NCBI GenBank assembly: GCA_963782715.1
Contig: CAWAKU010000016.1
Location: 391,425-455,424 of the forward strand
DNA length: 64,000 nucleotides
Direction of reading: 5' to 3'
DNA from: an uncultured Chloroflexia bacterium
Lineage (GTDB): Bacteria > Chloroflexota > Limnocylindria > Limnocylindrales > CSP1-4
Part shown: piece after piece, positions 38,943-49,622 of the stretch
Position numbering within the stretch: position 1 is the first letter of the stretch
Layout: every line of letters begins with the position of its first letter
Notes under the pieces: generated by a model
What the model was told of the DNA's origin: nothing
Databases searched by the model: none
What the model saw: the letters and a program-made list of their open reading frames with translations, nothing else
Translations under genes and position numbers: made by a program

Positions 38943-39722
38943 TCAACCGGGGAACGGCTCCCAGATCCTGTCAATCCCGACTGCACTGAACCCGAGACGC
39001 TCGTAGACCGGACGGCCGGTCGGCGAGGCCTCGAGCACGGCCAGCTCCGCGCCGCTGTCGAAGGCGTGCGCGACGGCCCGTGCCGTGACCGCCGCGCCAA
39101 GTCCACGACGCCGCGCCCAGGGAACCGTCGCGACCCAACCGATCGTGGCATCGGCGCCGACCATCCAGGTTCCCGCTGCGGCCGCGGGCGGCCGACCTTC
39201 GAGGTCGGCCAGAAACATCCGGATCCCCGGACCACTGACCGATGCCGGGAGGGCGAAGGTCGCCTCGACCAAAGGCCGGCCGCTCGGATCATCCTCGAAG
39301 AACCCCTCGATGAGCACGGTCCGCAACGGCTCAAGGTCCACGGTCGCATCGACCGGCCGGGTCGCCGCGGTGGATGGCGGCACGAACGCCGTCCGGTCCA
39401 CCGTCATGACGGGCAACTCCGTGACGACATGGCGCCCACCAGCGGAGGCAGCGGCCTCCAGGTCGGCATCCGTCCGGGCCGAGGTGAGCAGCGCACCGGC
39501 GAACCCGGCATCGGCGTAGACCTCGTCCACGACGCGCAGGACGGTCGCCGGATCTGTCGCCGGATCCGACCGCCAGGCGGTGTTCGTCACGAACGGCGAG
39601 GGGTGGACGCCGACACACACGACGACCCCGTCGCGCTCCACGACGCGGCCGCCGACCGAGACCGCGAAGGCCCGATAGAACGCCCGGATGACGTCGTCGG
39701 CGCGAACGGTGAGGTCCGTCAG
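38943..39722 (-). CDS. GNAT-family N-acetyltransferase (two-lobed). The start is uncertain
   Basis: C-terminal acetyl-CoA motif WVATVPWARRRGLGAAVTARAVAHAF. There is no canonical ATG, so the candidate start is CTG/GTG around 39.7 kb, abutting the NUDIX stop. Confidence 0.55.
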   Translation of the reverse strand: MTDLTVRADDVIRAFYRAFAVSVGGRVVERDGVVVCVGVHPSPFVTNTAWRSDPATDPATVLRVVDEVYADAGFAGALLTSARTDADLEAAASAGGRHVVTELPVMTVDRTAFVPPSTAATRPVDATVDLEPLRTVLIEGFFEDDPSGRPLVEATFALPASVSGPGIRMFLADLEGRPPAAAAGTWMVGADATIGWVATVPWARRRGLGAAVTARAVAHAFDSGAELAVLEASPTGRPVYERLGFSAVGIDRIWEPFPG

Positions 39723-40339
39723 ATCCCTCCGTCGGGAAGTGGTCGGGCGAGGTCCGGCCGTCGCCGCTCGAGCCAGTCGTGGAGCGCCCAGCGGGTCGTC
39801 TTGAAGGCGACCCCGTCCCACGGGATGTCCTCGGGGGCGAAGGCGACCACCTCGGTCGCCTCCGGTGTCGGCGCGGCCACGCCGCCGACGATCCGTGCCT
39901 CGAACGCGATGGTCACGACGCTCGCCTCGAGGCGCGTGTACAGCCCGACGATCTCGCCGGGCTCGACGAGCAGGCCGGTCTCCTCCCAGGTCTCGCGGAT
40001 GGCGGCCTGGTGGACGGTCTCGTCCACCTCGAGGAAGCCGCCGGGCTGTGCCCACGAACCAAGGCCGGGCTCGATGCCGCGGCGGATCAGGATGATCTCG
40101 CCGGCCTCGGTGATGGGGAACGTCGTGACGACGAGCCGCGGGTTGACGTAGGCGATGTGGCCGCAGGCCGAGCAGGCGAGACGTTCGCGATCCTCGCCCT
40201 CCACGAGACCGAACACGAGCGGCGCGCCACAGCGCGAGCAGAAGTTCAGCGATGCGGCCAGCCAGCGTGGGACGCCGCCGCCCGACGGGACGTCGGTCGA
40301 CCGGCCGTCGGGGCCGCGGGCGAAGCCTTCGTCACCCAT
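39719..40339 (-). CDS. NUDIX hydrolase with N-terminal zinc ribbon (NudC-like)
   Basis: CSRCGAPL...CSACGH zinc ribbon, then Nudix box GGFLEVDETVHQAAIRETWEETG. Confidence 0.8.
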   Translation of the reverse strand: MGDEGFARGPDGRSTDVPSGGGVPRWLAASLNFCSRCGAPLVFGLVEGEDRERLACSACGHIAYVNPRLVVTTFPITEAGEIILIRRGIEPGLGSWAQPGGFLEVDETVHQAAIRETWEETGLLVEPGEIVGLYTRLEASVVTIAFEARIVGGVAAPTPEATEVVAFAPEDIPWDGVAFKTTRWALHDWLERRRPDLARPLPDGGI

Positions 40340-40345
40340 CGAAGG

Positions 40346-40792
40346 TCACGCGAGGATGACCAGGATCGACGCGGCCACGAGGGCCGTCAGGCCGATGAGG
40401 CTGACGACGACCCAGGCGAGTCGGAACAGGCCCTTGGTGCGATCGACCGGCATCCACGCCCAGGCCGAGCGCCAGATCCGGACGACCGCGTCGGCCGTGG
40501 TGATCACGAGCAGGGGCGCGGCGATGATCACGCACAGCTTGACCAGTGGGCTGCCCAGACCGGCGCCCAGCTCCAGGGCCGTGATGGCGATCGCGCCGCA
40601 GATCAGGACGATCACGCTCAGGTTGATGTACTGCTTCTGGAGGGGTGTCGGGGCGACCTCCGGGACCGATCGTGGCGGGAGGCCCTGGAGGCTCGGCGGG
40701 AGCGAGGCGGCCCCGGCCGGCATGCGTGCCGGCTCCCTGACCGCCTGCCGATCGAGGACCGGCATGCCCGGTTCCCAGCGCTCGTCGTCCAT
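40346..40792 (-). CDS. Small membrane protein (3 TM), hypothetical
   Basis: 148 aa from MDDERWEPG. Cytoplasmic Pro-rich N-terminus followed by three hydrophobic helices. Confidence 0.45.
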   Translation of the reverse strand: MDDERWEPGMPVLDRQAVREPARMPAGAASLPPSLQGLPPRSVPEVAPTPLQKQYINLSVIVLICGAIAITALELGAGLGSPLVKLCVIIAAPLLVITTADAVVRIWRSAWAWMPVDRTKGLFRLAWVVVSLIGLTALVAASILVILA

Positions 40793-40824
40793 CGGGGCGA
40801 GTGTAGTCCGCGTCGGGCGCGTGC

Positions 40825-41259
40825 TCAGAACGAGGTCGTCGCCTCGGCGTCTGGGTCGTCCACGGCGAGATCGCAGGTCGGGCAGTACCAGCGGGTCTCG
40901 AGCGGCGTGCCGCACAGCCCGTGGCGGGTCGGGTCGGCGTCGGGGGTGCCGCGCGCGCCCCAGTCGGCGAGCATCCGAAGGGCGGACGCCAGGTCGTGAC
41001 CGTCGGCGGTCAGGGCATAGGACATCCGCGGCGGCCGCTGCTGATAGGGCGTCGCGACGACGATCCGTTCGCGCTCGAGTCGACGCAATCGGTCGGTCAG
41101 GATGTTCGGGGCGATGCCGGACACGGCCTCGCCGATCTCGTTGAACCGGCGCGGACCGTCGAGCAACGCCTCGACGATGAGCAGGCTCCAGCGGTCGCCG
41201 ACGCGCTCGAGAGCGGCTTCGAGGGGCGACGGATCGCGCCGGGGAGCTGGGTCGGCCAT
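40825..41259 (-). CDS. HxlR-family (winged-helix, MarR-like) transcriptional regulator
   Basis: LERVGDRWSLLIVEALLDGPRRFNEIGEAVSGIAPNILTDRLRRLERERIV is the canonical HxlR HTH. There is an extra Cys-containing C-terminal tail (CGTPLETRWYCPTC). Confidence 0.75.
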   Translation of the reverse strand: MADPAPRRDPSPLEAALERVGDRWSLLIVEALLDGPRRFNEIGEAVSGIAPNILTDRLRRLERERIVVATPYQQRPPRMSYALTADGHDLASALRMLADWGARGTPDADPTRHGLCGTPLETRWYCPTCDLAVDDPDAEATTSF

Positions 41260-41371
41260 GGGTTCGATGGTAGGGGTGGCCCCGGGGCTTGTCACGGTTC
41301 CCTGTCAGTAGTAGATTGCAAGTCACAAGTCTATCCCCTCCCCACAGCACACACCGGAGACCCGTACCACC

Positions 41372-42274
41372 ATGACAGTCATCGAAGAGCTCCAGACCGC
41401 CGTCGCCACGGTCGCCGAGGGCGTCGGCCCGTCCATCGTCGGGATCGGTCGCGGCACGCGCGGCTCCGGCGTCGTCATCGCCGACGGCAAGGTCCTGACC
41501 AATGCCCACAACCTGCGCGGTGACGAGGTCACCGTCACGTTCGCCGACGGCCGCCGGACGCGCGGAACCGTGGCCGGATGGGATGGCGACGGGGACCTCG
41601 CGGTCATCGACGTCGACACCGCCGGCGCGTCCGCCGTCACCTGGGCGGACGGCACGGACCTGACGGTCGGGGCCGCGGTCTTCGGCGCCGGGGCCAGCCA
41701 CGGTGGCGGCACCCGGATCACCTTCGGCCTCGTCTCGGCCATCGCGCGGGCGTTCCGCGGGCCGGGCGGCCGGCGCATCGAGGGCAGCGTCGAGCACACC
41801 GCGCCGCTCGCCCCAGGGTCGTCCGGCGGCGCGCTGCTGAACGCGTCCGGCCAGGTCGTCGGCATCAACACGAACCGGATCGGCGAAGGCTTCTACCTCG
41901 CGCTCCCGGCCGATGCCGCCCTGCGCTCCCGGGTGGACGCCCTGGCCCGCGGTGAGTCCCCGACCCGTCCGCGCCTCGGCGTTGCCGTCGCTCCATCGCA
42001 TGTCGCCCGCCGGATGCGCCGCTCGGTCGGCCTGCCGGAGCGTGACGGGATCCTCGTTCGTGGCGTCGAGGACGGCAGCCTGGCGGCCGCGGCCGGGATC
42101 GAGGCCGGCGACCTCATCGTCGAGGCCGGCGGCAAGCCGATCACCGATGCCGACGACCTCCACGCGGCCCTCGCGGCCCTCGAGCTCCCGTTCGACCTCA
42201 AGGTCGTGCGCGGCACCGACGAGCGGACCGTCCAGGTCGGCGGCCCGAAGCCGCGGACCGCGGGCGATGCGTAG
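41372..42274 (+). CDS. Trypsin-like serine protease with C-terminal PDZ domain (HtrA/DegP-like, apparently cytoplasmic)
   Basis: GSGVVIADGKVLTNAHNL (His), DLAVIDVD (Asp), GSSGGALLNASGQVVGIN (Ser). PDZ: GILVRGVEDGSLAAAAGIEAGDLIVEAGGKPI. No signal peptide. Confidence 0.8.
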   Translation: MTVIEELQTAVATVAEGVGPSIVGIGRGTRGSGVVIADGKVLTNAHNLRGDEVTVTFADGRRTRGTVAGWDGDGDLAVIDVDTAGASAVTWADGTDLTVGAAVFGAGASHGGGTRITFGLVSAIARAFRGPGGRRIEGSVEHTAPLAPGSSGGALLNASGQVVGINTNRIGEGFYLALPADAALRSRVDALARGESPTRPRLGVAVAPSHVARRMRRSVGLPERDGILVRGVEDGSLAAAAGIEAGDLIVEAGGKPITDADDLHAALAALELPFDLKVVRGTDERTVQVGGPKPRTAGDA

Positions 42275-42305
42275 CCCCCTGCGCACCCGCTAGCATCCGA
42301 GGCGC

Positions 42306-43025
42306 ATGGAGCGCCTCATCGCCTGGTATCGGATCGGCTCGTCGGTCGGCGCCGTCGTCGCGCTGGTGGTCGCCAACGCGATCCCGCTCTTCGGTGTCCT
42401 GTTCCTGGGCTGGAACGTCTGGACCATCCTGACCATCTACTGGCTGGAGAACGGCGTCGTCGGCGTCCTCAACATCCTGAAGATGGCCAGGGCCGCTGGC
42501 CCGGAACCGACCGGCACGGCCGCAACGCTCTACAACGGCAAGCCGGTCGCCAGCCTGCCCAACCCCAAGGCGCTGCTGATCCCGTTCTTCTGCGTCCACT
42601 ACGGGATCTTCTGGCTCGTCCACGGCATCTTCGTGCTGACCTTGCCGCAGTTCCAGGCGTTCGGTGCCGAGAGCGCCGGCCTGACCTCGGACCCGGGCGC
42701 CGTGCTGTTCGTGCTCGTCGGGCTGTTCATCAGCCACTACGCGTCGTACAGGCTCAACTACATCGGTCGCGGCGAGTACCTGCGAACGAGCGTGAGCCAG
42801 CAGATGGCCGCTCCATACGGACGGCTCGTGGTGCTTCACCTGACGATCCTCGTCGGCGGCATGGCCATCGCCTTCACGGGCGCCTCGTCGGCCGCCGTGT
42901 TCATCCTGGTCGTGCTCAAGACGGCGCTCGACCTGGGCCTCCACCTGTCCGAACATCGAGAAGCCGAGGTGCCCATCGTGTCCGCCGCGCCCACCACTCC
43001 CGGCGAGCCCGAGGCCGCCCGATGA
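42306..43025 (+). CDS. Hypothetical membrane protein (6 TM)
   Basis: 239 aa of hydrophobic helices (WLENGVVGVLNILKM, FFCVHYGIFWLVHGIF). Overlaps the next gene by 4 nt. Confidence 0.55.
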   Translation: MERLIAWYRIGSSVGAVVALVVANAIPLFGVLFLGWNVWTILTIYWLENGVVGVLNILKMARAAGPEPTGTAATLYNGKPVASLPNPKALLIPFFCVHYGIFWLVHGIFVLTLPQFQAFGAESAGLTSDPGAVLFVLVGLFISHYASYRLNYIGRGEYLRTSVSQQMAAPYGRLVVLHLTILVGGMAIAFTGASSAAVFILVVLKTALDLGLHLSEHREAEVPIVSAAPTTPGEPEAAR

Positions 43026-43966
43026 CATCGAGCCTTGGCACGCCCGAACCCGCCACGCGCGTGGTGTCCGATCCGCGCTTCGAGCGCCTCGTCCCCGACG
43101 GCACGCTCATCACGCCCCACGCCGGCGGCGCGGTCTGGGCCGAAGGGCCCGTCTACGTGCCCGACGAGGACGCCGTCCTGTGGAGCGACGTCCGGACCAA
43201 CGCCGTCCGCCGGTGGTCCGACGCCGACGGCGACAGCGTCCTCCACCAGCCGTCCGACTTCGCCAACGGCCACACGCTCGACCACGACGGCACGGTCCTC
43301 GCCTGCGAGCACGGACTGCGCCGGATCGCGCGCTACGAGCGCGACGGCTCACGGACGACCGTCGTGGACAGGTTCGGCGGCGGGCGATTCAACTCACCGA
43401 ACGACATCGTCGTCGCCTCAGATGGGGCGATCTGGTTCACCGATCCGCCGTACGGGATCCTCGACGACTCGGAGGGCTACACGGCCGACTCGGAGCAGGA
43501 CGGCTGCTTCGTCTACCGGTTGGACCGGGTGACCGGCGAGGTGACGGTCGCCAGTCGCGATCTCATCCACCCGAACGGCCTGGCGTTCTCGCCCGACGAG
43601 CGGACGATGTACGTCTCGGACACCTCCGTCGCGCGGGTCGAGGGCGGCCACCACCACATGCTCGCCTTCGATGTCGTCGGCGGACGGCGGCTCGAGGCGC
43701 CGCGGGTCTTCGTGGTCATGGAGCCAGGCTTGTCGGACGGCTTCCGCGTGGACGTCCAGGGGAACGTCTGGACGTCGGCCGGTGACGGGATCCACGTGCT
43801 GGACCCGGCAGGGGTCGAGCTGGGCCGGATCGTCCTGCCCCAGCCGGCCAGCAACTGCCAGTTCGGCGGTCCGGACGGACGACGGCTGTACATCACCGCG
43901 ACGTCCACGCTCTGGTCGATCCCGGTCGGGATCCGCGGCGCGGTCACTCCGTGGGTCAAGGACTGA
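43022..43966 (+). CDS. SMP-30/gluconolactonase/LRE-family beta-propeller hydrolase
   Basis: EGPVYVP, FNSPNDIVVASDGAIWFTDP, HPNGLAFSPDERTMYVSDT and GGPDGRRLYITA motifs. Confidence 0.85.
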   Translation: MTSSLGTPEPATRVVSDPRFERLVPDGTLITPHAGGAVWAEGPVYVPDEDAVLWSDVRTNAVRRWSDADGDSVLHQPSDFANGHTLDHDGTVLACEHGLRRIARYERDGSRTTVVDRFGGGRFNSPNDIVVASDGAIWFTDPPYGILDDSEGYTADSEQDGCFVYRLDRVTGEVTVASRDLIHPNGLAFSPDERTMYVSDTSVARVEGGHHHMLAFDVVGGRRLEAPRVFVVMEPGLSDGFRVDVQGNVWTSAGDGIHVLDPAGVELGRIVLPQPASNCQFGGPDGRRLYITATSTLWSIPVGIRGAVTPWVKD

Positions 43967-44471
43967 CCTTCCCGCGCCGGATCGCGACGATCGCGGCGGG
44001 CACGACGATGACCACCACCAGGACGAGGACGACGACCGGCCCAGCAGCCCCGGCGATGACGGTGAACGCCAGGTAGGCGACCAGGAGTGTCGCGCAGCCG
44101 AGGGCCAGCGCCCCCGCCATCCGCCCCCGCATCCAGCCAGCCGCCGTCCCGGACATGACCCGGAACCCGGCGATCGCACCGAGCAGCAGGAGGAGCGCGG
44201 CGGGCAGGATGATCCCGAACGCGTAGAAGCCGCGCGATCCGAGCAGGCCCCCGATGCCCTCGATCGCGAAGGCCACCGCGAGCGCCCCGAGGACGATGAA
44301 CAGGATCCGTCGCGGCCGGAACAGGACGACGATCAGGAGCAGGCCGATCGCGACACCAGCCACGAGGTCGAAGACGTACGCCGCGTTGTCGATGACCGTC
44401 GGCGACGGGCACGTCTCGTCGAAGCAGTCGCCCCACCACGTCACGAAGAAGGCCAGCGGCCCGAGGAGCAT
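43956..44471 (-). CDS. Hypothetical membrane protein (4 TM)
   Basis: 171-aa hydrophobic ORF convergent with the gluconolactonase gene. Confidence 0.5.
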   Translation of the reverse strand: MLLGPLAFFVTWWGDCFDETCPSPTVIDNAAYVFDLVAGVAIGLLLIVVLFRPRRILFIVLGALAVAFAIEGIGGLLGSRGFYAFGIILPAALLLLLGAIAGFRVMSGTAAGWMRGRMAGALALGCATLLVAYLAFTVIAGAAGPVVVLVLVVVIVVPAAIVAIRRGKVSP

Positions 44472-44564
44472 CAGACCGACCCATGAGATCGCGATCAGGC
44501 CGCGCGCAAAGTCAAGGTCGTCGGGCTGGACCTCGATCCCGGACTCGGAGGCGATGACGAGCTC

Positions 44565-45050
44565 CTAGGCGTCGTCGAGGACGGCCTGCGTCTGATGCGC
44601 GCGCCACGCGGCGAGACGCTCGGCGAGGGCCGGGTCCGAGAGGGCCAGGATCGCGGCCGCGAGCAGGCCGGCGTTGGTGGCGTTGCCGATGGCGACCGTG
44701 GCGACCGGAACGCCCCGCGGCATCTGGACGATCGACAGCAGCGAATCCAGGCCGCCGAGGTGCTGGGTCGGGATCGGCACGCCGATGACGGGCAGGGCCG
44801 TCTTCGCGGCGAGCATGCCGGGCAGGTGGGCGGCGCCGCCGGCGCCGGCGATGATGACCTTGAGGCCGCGTCCGGGAGCCTCTTCGGCGTAACGGAACAG
44901 CCGGTCGGGTGTGCGATGGGCCGACACCACCTTGAGCTCGGAGGGCACGCCGAGCTCGTCGAGGAGAGCGACTGCCGCCTCGAGCGTCGGGAAGTCCGAG
45001 CGGCTGCCACCGACGATGCCGACGATCGGCGTCGCGGCTGGCTCGTTCAT
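44565..45050 (-). CDS. purE: N5-carboxyaminoimidazole ribonucleotide mutase
   Basis: 161 aa. [34 protein letters not shown] and [21 protein letters not shown] are all present. Confidence 0.9.
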   Translation of the reverse strand: MNEPAATPIVGIVGGSRSDFPTLEAAVALLDELGVPSELKVVSAHRTPDRLFRYAEEAPGRGLKVIIAGAGGAAHLPGMLAAKTALPVIGVPIPTQHLGGLDSLLSIVQMPRGVPVATVAIGNATNAGLLAAAILALSDPALAERLAAWRAHQTQAVLDDA

Positions 45051-46231
45051 CGGTCGTCCTCCGTCGCGTCGTCGGCCCAGCTGAGCGTCGCGAGCGCGCG
45101 TCGCGCCCGGTCGAGCGCGGCGTCGACATCGACGTCGAGGGCTGTCAGGTGCCCCATCTTGCGGCGTTCGAAGACGTCGCGCTTGTCGTACAGGTGGAGG
45201 TGGACGGCCGGGTCGGCGAGCGCGACCTCCGCACCCAGGAGGCGCGCCGGGCGGCGGCGGCCCGAGCCGAGGAGATTGACCATGGCCGTCGGGCTCAGCG
45301 CAGCCGCCGATCCGAGACCGAGCCCGCAGATCGTCCGGATGTGCTGCTCGAACTGCGAGGTCGCGGCGCCTTCGATCGTCCAGTGGCCGGAGTTGTGGAC
45401 CCGCGGCGCCAGCTCGTTGACGACGAGGGAGCCGTCGCGCAACAGGAAGAGCTCGGCGGTCAGGGTGCCGCGGAGGTCCATGGCGGCGGCCAGGACCGTG
45501 CCGATCGCGGTCGCACGCTTCGCGACGTCCGCCGAGACCGGGGCCGGCACGACCGATTCGACGAGGATCCCTGCGTCGTGGCGGTTGCGGGCGACCGGGA
45601 AGGCCGCACAGGTCCCGTCGAGGGAGCGGGCGACGACGATCGACAGCTCGACCTCGAAGTCGAGCTCGCGTTCGGCGAGGAGCGCCGTGCCCGCAGCGCG
45701 ACCGAGTCGCTCCCAGGCGCCCTGGAGGTCGTCCATCGCCACGATCCGGAGTTGACCCCGGCCGTCGTAGCCCCCGATCGGCAGCTTGAGCCGAAGCGGC
45801 AGCCCGAGCTCCTCGACAGCGGCGAGGGCCTCGGCCACGGACCGGACCTCGCGCCACGGGGCCACGGCGATCCCGGCACCCTCGATGAACCGACGCTCGG
45901 CGAGCCGGTCCTGGGTGACGACCAGCGGCGCGTGCCCGGGCCGGACCGGGACGAGCGCGGCGACCGCCTCGACGACCGCCGCCGCGACATGCTCCAGCTC
46001 GTACGTCACGACATCACTGACCGCGGCCAGCCGGAGGGCCGCATCGACGTCCTCGTACGACCCGACGATCACCGCGTCGGCGATCGCCGCCGCCGGACAC
46101 TCCGGGTCCGGATCGAGCACCGCGACCCGATAGCCCATCGCCCGCGCCGCCATCCCGAGCATCCGGCCGAGCTGGCCACCACCGAGGATGCCGATGACGG
46201 CGGGCGGCGAGATCGGCGACGGGAGGTCCAC
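45047..46231 (-). CDS. purK: N5-carboxyaminoimidazole ribonucleotide synthase (ATP-grasp)
   Basis: [17 protein letters not shown]-terminus, ATP-grasp core and [20 protein letters not shown] start about 10 aa upstream of GILGGGQ. Stop overlaps the purE start. Confidence 0.85.
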   Translation of the reverse strand: MDLPSPISPPAVIGILGGGQLGRMLGMAARAMGYRVAVLDPDPECPAAAIADAVIVGSYEDVDAALRLAAVSDVVTYELEHVAAAVVEAVAALVPVRPGHAPLVVTQDRLAERRFIEGAGIAVAPWREVRSVAEALAAVEELGLPLRLKLPIGGYDGRGQLRIVAMDDLQGAWERLGRAAGTALLAERELDFEVELSIVVARSLDGTCAAFPVARNRHDAGILVESVVPAPVSADVAKRATAIGTVLAAAMDLRGTLTAELFLLRDGSLVVNELAPRVHNSGHWTIEGAATSQFEQHIRTICGLGLGSAAALSPTAMVNLLGSGRRRPARLLGAEVALADPAVHLHLYDKRDVFERRKMGHLTALDVDVDAALDRARRALATLSWADDATEDDR

Positions 46232-46262
46232 GCGGGCGAGTGTACGGGCATACGCTTCCGGG

Positions 46263-46784
46263 ATGACGGCCCTCCCCCGCCACATCGTCATCACCGGGCT
46301 GATGGGCGCCGGCAAGACGACCGTCGGCCGCGCCCTGGCCGAGCGGCTCGGCCGGACGTGGCGCGATTCCGACGCGGAGATCGAGGCGGACACCGGCCTG
46401 ACCGTCCGCGAGCTGCGCGACCGCGAGGGGGTGGACGCGATGCACGCCCGCGAGGCGGGCCAGCTCCTCGACGCGCTCGCGAGTCCCGAACCCGGCATCA
46501 TCAGCGCGGCGGCCAGCGTCGTGGAGGCGGAGGCGTGCAGGATCGCGATGGCGGGACCGGATGTGGCGGTCGTCTGGTTGCGTGCGGCGCCCGAGGTCCT
46601 CGCCGAGCGGTTCGCGTCGGCCGACGACCATCGACCCGCCTACGGCGAATCAACGACGGCCTTTCTCGCCGACCAGGCTGCCATCCGCGAGCCACTCGCA
46701 GCCGCGATCGGCGCCCGCTTCGTCGACGTCGACGGCCTCTCGGAGCCCGAGGTCGTCGCGCGCGTGGTTGATGCTCTCGACTAG
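46263..46784 (+). CDS. aroK: Shikimate kinase
   Basis: 173 aa from MTALPRHIVITGLMGAGKTTVGRALAERLG (P-loop), followed by the DSD and LVD regions typical of AroK. Confidence 0.75.
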   Translation: MTALPRHIVITGLMGAGKTTVGRALAERLGRTWRDSDAEIEADTGLTVRELRDREGVDAMHAREAGQLLDALASPEPGIISAAASVVEAEACRIAMAGPDVAVVWLRAAPEVLAERFASADDHRPAYGESTTAFLADQAAIREPLAAAIGARFVDVDGLSEPEVVARVVDALD

Positions 46785-46793
46785 CATCGGGCG

Positions 46794-47864
46794 ATGACCG
46801 CCCGGACACCGCTCATCCTCGACGTCGACACCGGCATCGACGACAGCCTAGCGCTCCTGTACGCCGCCGCCTCGCCCGACGCCGAGATCGTCGCCGCGAC
46901 GTGCGTGTCGGGCAACGTCCCAGCCCGCCAGGTCGCGATCAACACCCGGGCGATCCTCGAACTGGCTGGCCGGACGGACATCGAGGTCGCGCTCGGGCGC
47001 GAGATCCCGCTCGTGCGAGCCCTCGAGACGACAGAGGAGACGCACGGACCACAGGGGCTCGGCCACGCCGAGCTGCCGCCGCCGTCCGCGGCCCTGTCCG
47101 ACCGGCACGCCGTGGACCTCATCCTCGAGGAGGCGCGACGGCGTCCGGGCGAGATCGTGCTCATCACCCTCGGCCCATTGACCAACCTCGCGATGGCCGT
47201 TCTGCGTGAGCCGGGCCTGCCGCGCCTGCTCAAGGGCTACACCCTGATGGGCGGAGCGTTCGGCGTCCCGGGCAACTCGACACCGACCAACGAGTGGAAC
47301 ATCCACTGCGACCCGGACGCCGCGAGGATCGTCTTCCGTGCCTGGGCCGAGGCACGCGAAGCCGACCCGTCGATCCCGCGGCCGCTCGCGCTCGGCCTCG
47401 ACGTCACCGAACAGGCGCGGATCCTGCCCGACGACGTCGTCCGGTTGGCGCGGCGCGCCGGCAGCACCCCCGACGATTCGATCGCCCTGTCGCGCGGCGA
47501 GGACCCGATGCTGGCAACTCGGTCCGTGGCCAGCAACCCGATCGTCCGCTACGTGGCCGACGCGCTCCGCTACTACATGGAATTCCACGCCCGATACGAC
47601 GGCTTCTACGGGGCGTTCATCCACGACCCGCTGGCGGTCGCGGCCGCGCTCGACCGCAGCCTCGTCACGACCGAGCCGCTGTACGTCGACGTCGAGACAC
47701 GCGGCGAGCTGACGACCGGGATGACCGTCGCGGATCGGCGACACCTCACGGGCAAGCCCCCGAACCTCGACGTCGCGGTCACAGCGAACGTCGCCGAGTT
47801 CCTCGACCGCTTCATCGAGCGCGTCGGCGGGCTGGCGGCGGACCACTCGGACATGTCAGGCTAG
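46794..47864 (+). CDS. Inosine-uridine-preferring nucleoside hydrolase family protein (IUNH; candidate queuosine/nucleoside salvage hydrolase)
   Basis: LILDVDTGIDDSLALLYA (DxDxxxDD Ca2+ site), the ITLGPLTNLA loop, and conserved Asn/His (NEWNIHCD) and FIHDPLAVAAA motifs. Confidence 0.9.
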   Translation: MTARTPLILDVDTGIDDSLALLYAAASPDAEIVAATCVSGNVPARQVAINTRAILELAGRTDIEVALGREIPLVRALETTEETHGPQGLGHAELPPPSAALSDRHAVDLILEEARRRPGEIVLITLGPLTNLAMAVLREPGLPRLLKGYTLMGGAFGVPGNSTPTNEWNIHCDPDAARIVFRAWAEAREADPSIPRPLALGLDVTEQARILPDDVVRLARRAGSTPDDSIALSRGEDPMLATRSVASNPIVRYVADALRYYMEFHARYDGFYGAFIHDPLAVAAALDRSLVTTEPLYVDVETRGELTTGMTVADRRHLTGKPPNLDVAVTANVAEFLDRFIERVGGLAADHSDMSG

Positions 47865-47931
47865 TAAGGGAAGGGAGTTCGACGCGGTCCGAGTCGGGCG
47901 GGCGGCGTCACCACAACGTGGAGGGCGATCC

Positions 47932-48786
47932 GTGGCCATCAGCTGGGGCCGGTTCGATACTCGGACAGTCGTCCTCATTCCGATCGCGATGGCGATCAAC
48001 ATCGTGCTCGGCCAGACCGTGGCGTCCGTGCTCAAGGTCCCCATCTACATGGACTCGATCGGGACCATCCTGGTCGGCGTCCTGGCTGGCCCGATCCCGG
48101 GCCTGGTCACGGGCATCCTGACCAACGTCGTCTGGACGTACATCATCCCAGCCCCCTTCCACTCCGATTTCGCGGCGCCGTTCGCCATCGTGGCAGCGTG
48201 GATCGGGCTGTTCTCCGGGCTCGTCGCACAGTGGGGCTTCTTCAAGAGCCGCCCGAATGCAAGCTGGCCCAAGATCGCGGGTGCCGCGCTGCTGGTCATC
48301 CTCGTCCTCGGTGGGATCGGCTACTACGGATTCCTGCCGTTCTACACGGATGGGACGTTCACGTTCTTCGGCGACACCTCGGACGCCTCGCCCGTCTTCG
48401 TCCTGCTCGGCTATCTCATCGCGCTGCTGGTTATCGGGGCGATCATCGGGCTCATCGCCCTGCTGGTCATCCGGCGTGATCTCGGCGTCGCGTATGTCGC
48501 CATCGCCGGTCTCATCTGCGGCATCGTGTCGGCGATCATCTCGGCGCCGATCGCGGCCGTCGTGTTCGGCGGCGTGACCGGGTCCGGGACGGACCTCCTC
48601 GTCGCCGCATTCCAGCAGGGGGGCAGCGACCTCCAGAACGCGGTCCTCAAGCAGGGCCTCATCTCCGACCCGATCGACAAGACCCTGACGTTCTTCATCG
48701 TCTTCGTCCTCCTCCAGACGCTGTCCCGGCGGTTCGTCGCGCGGTTCCCGCAAGGCGAGAAGGCGCTCGGACTGGAGGGCGAATAG
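47932..48786 (+). CDS. ECF-transporter substrate-specific (S) component
   Basis: 284 aa and 6-7 TM, of typical ECF-S size and hydrophobicity. GTG start with a GGAGGG SD. Immediately precedes the EcfT, EcfA1 and EcfA2 genes. Confidence 0.7.
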   Translation: MAISWGRFDTRTVVLIPIAMAINIVLGQTVASVLKVPIYMDSIGTILVGVLAGPIPGLVTGILTNVVWTYIIPAPFHSDFAAPFAIVAAWIGLFSGLVAQWGFFKSRPNASWPKIAGAALLVILVLGGIGYYGFLPFYTDGTFTFFGDTSDASPVFVLLGYLIALLVIGAIIGLIALLVIRRDLGVAYVAIAGLICGIVSAIISAPIAAVVFGGVTGSGTDLLVAAFQQGGSDLQNAVLKQGLISDPIDKTLTFFIVFVLLQTLSRRFVARFPQGEKALGLEGE

Positions 48787-48860
48787 ACGCCGCCGCGTCG
48801 GCCCGGGTCATCCAGGCCGACGACCTCGAGCCGGACGATGCCGCCTTCATCGCCCGGCTC

Positions 48861-49618
48861 GTGCCCGCCACGCCCAGCCGCTACCACCGCCTCAACCCGC
48901 TGACCAAGGCCGTCATCGCGACGGTCGCCTCGGTCGGGGCGTTCGTGCTGGGCGGCTACATCGGGCCCATCGTCATCGTGGCGATCATGCTGGCCCTGGC
49001 GACATCGGCCGGCGTCCTGCCGCGTCTGGCCCGTGCCTCGTTCCTGCTGACCCTGCCGATCGCGATCTCGGTCACGCTGGTCAGCGTCTTCACCCGGGCG
49101 GGCACGACGGTCATCTTCCAGATCGGCCCGTTCGACGCCACCGTCGAAGGAGTCGACTTCGCGGCCCAGACCATCCTCCGCCTGTTCGCGATCTCGACCT
49201 CGATCGGGCTGTTCATCCTGACCACGGCGCCACGGGCCTTCGTCCTCGACCTCGAACGGCGCGGGGTGTCGCCGCGGGCCGCGTTCATCGCGGTCGCGAC
49301 CATCGAGGCCGTGCCCGACGCTGCGTCGAGCGGGCGGCGGTCATCGGCGAGAGCCAGCGGGCGCGCGGGATGGACACCGAGGGCAGCCTCCGGGCCAGGC
49401 TCCGAGGCCTCCTGCCATTGGTCGGACCGGTCGTCCTGACCTCGCTGACCGATGTCGAGGAACGCAGCCTGGCCCTCGAGACGCGCGCCTTCAGCCGACC
49501 CGGCAAGCGGCATCTCCTCTGGGCGATGCCCGATAGGACCTGGGAGCGCGTCCTGCGCTGGGTGCTGCTGGCCGGCTTCGTGGGGCTCGTCGCCATCCGC
49601 ATAGCCGGGCTCCTGTAG
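48861..49618 (+). pseudogene. ecfT: ECF transporter transmembrane (T) component EcfT/CbiQ, interrupted by a 1-nt deletion at about 49325
   Basis: N-terminal 155 aa (HRLNPLTKAV...) are in frame 48861. The conserved C-terminus (VERAAVIGESQRARGMDTEGSLRARLRGLLPLVGPVVLTSL...EERSLALETRAF) is in ORF 49370..49618. Restoring one G in GCTGCG-GTCGAG joins the two frames. Confidence 0.7.
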
Positions 49619-49622
49619 TCGC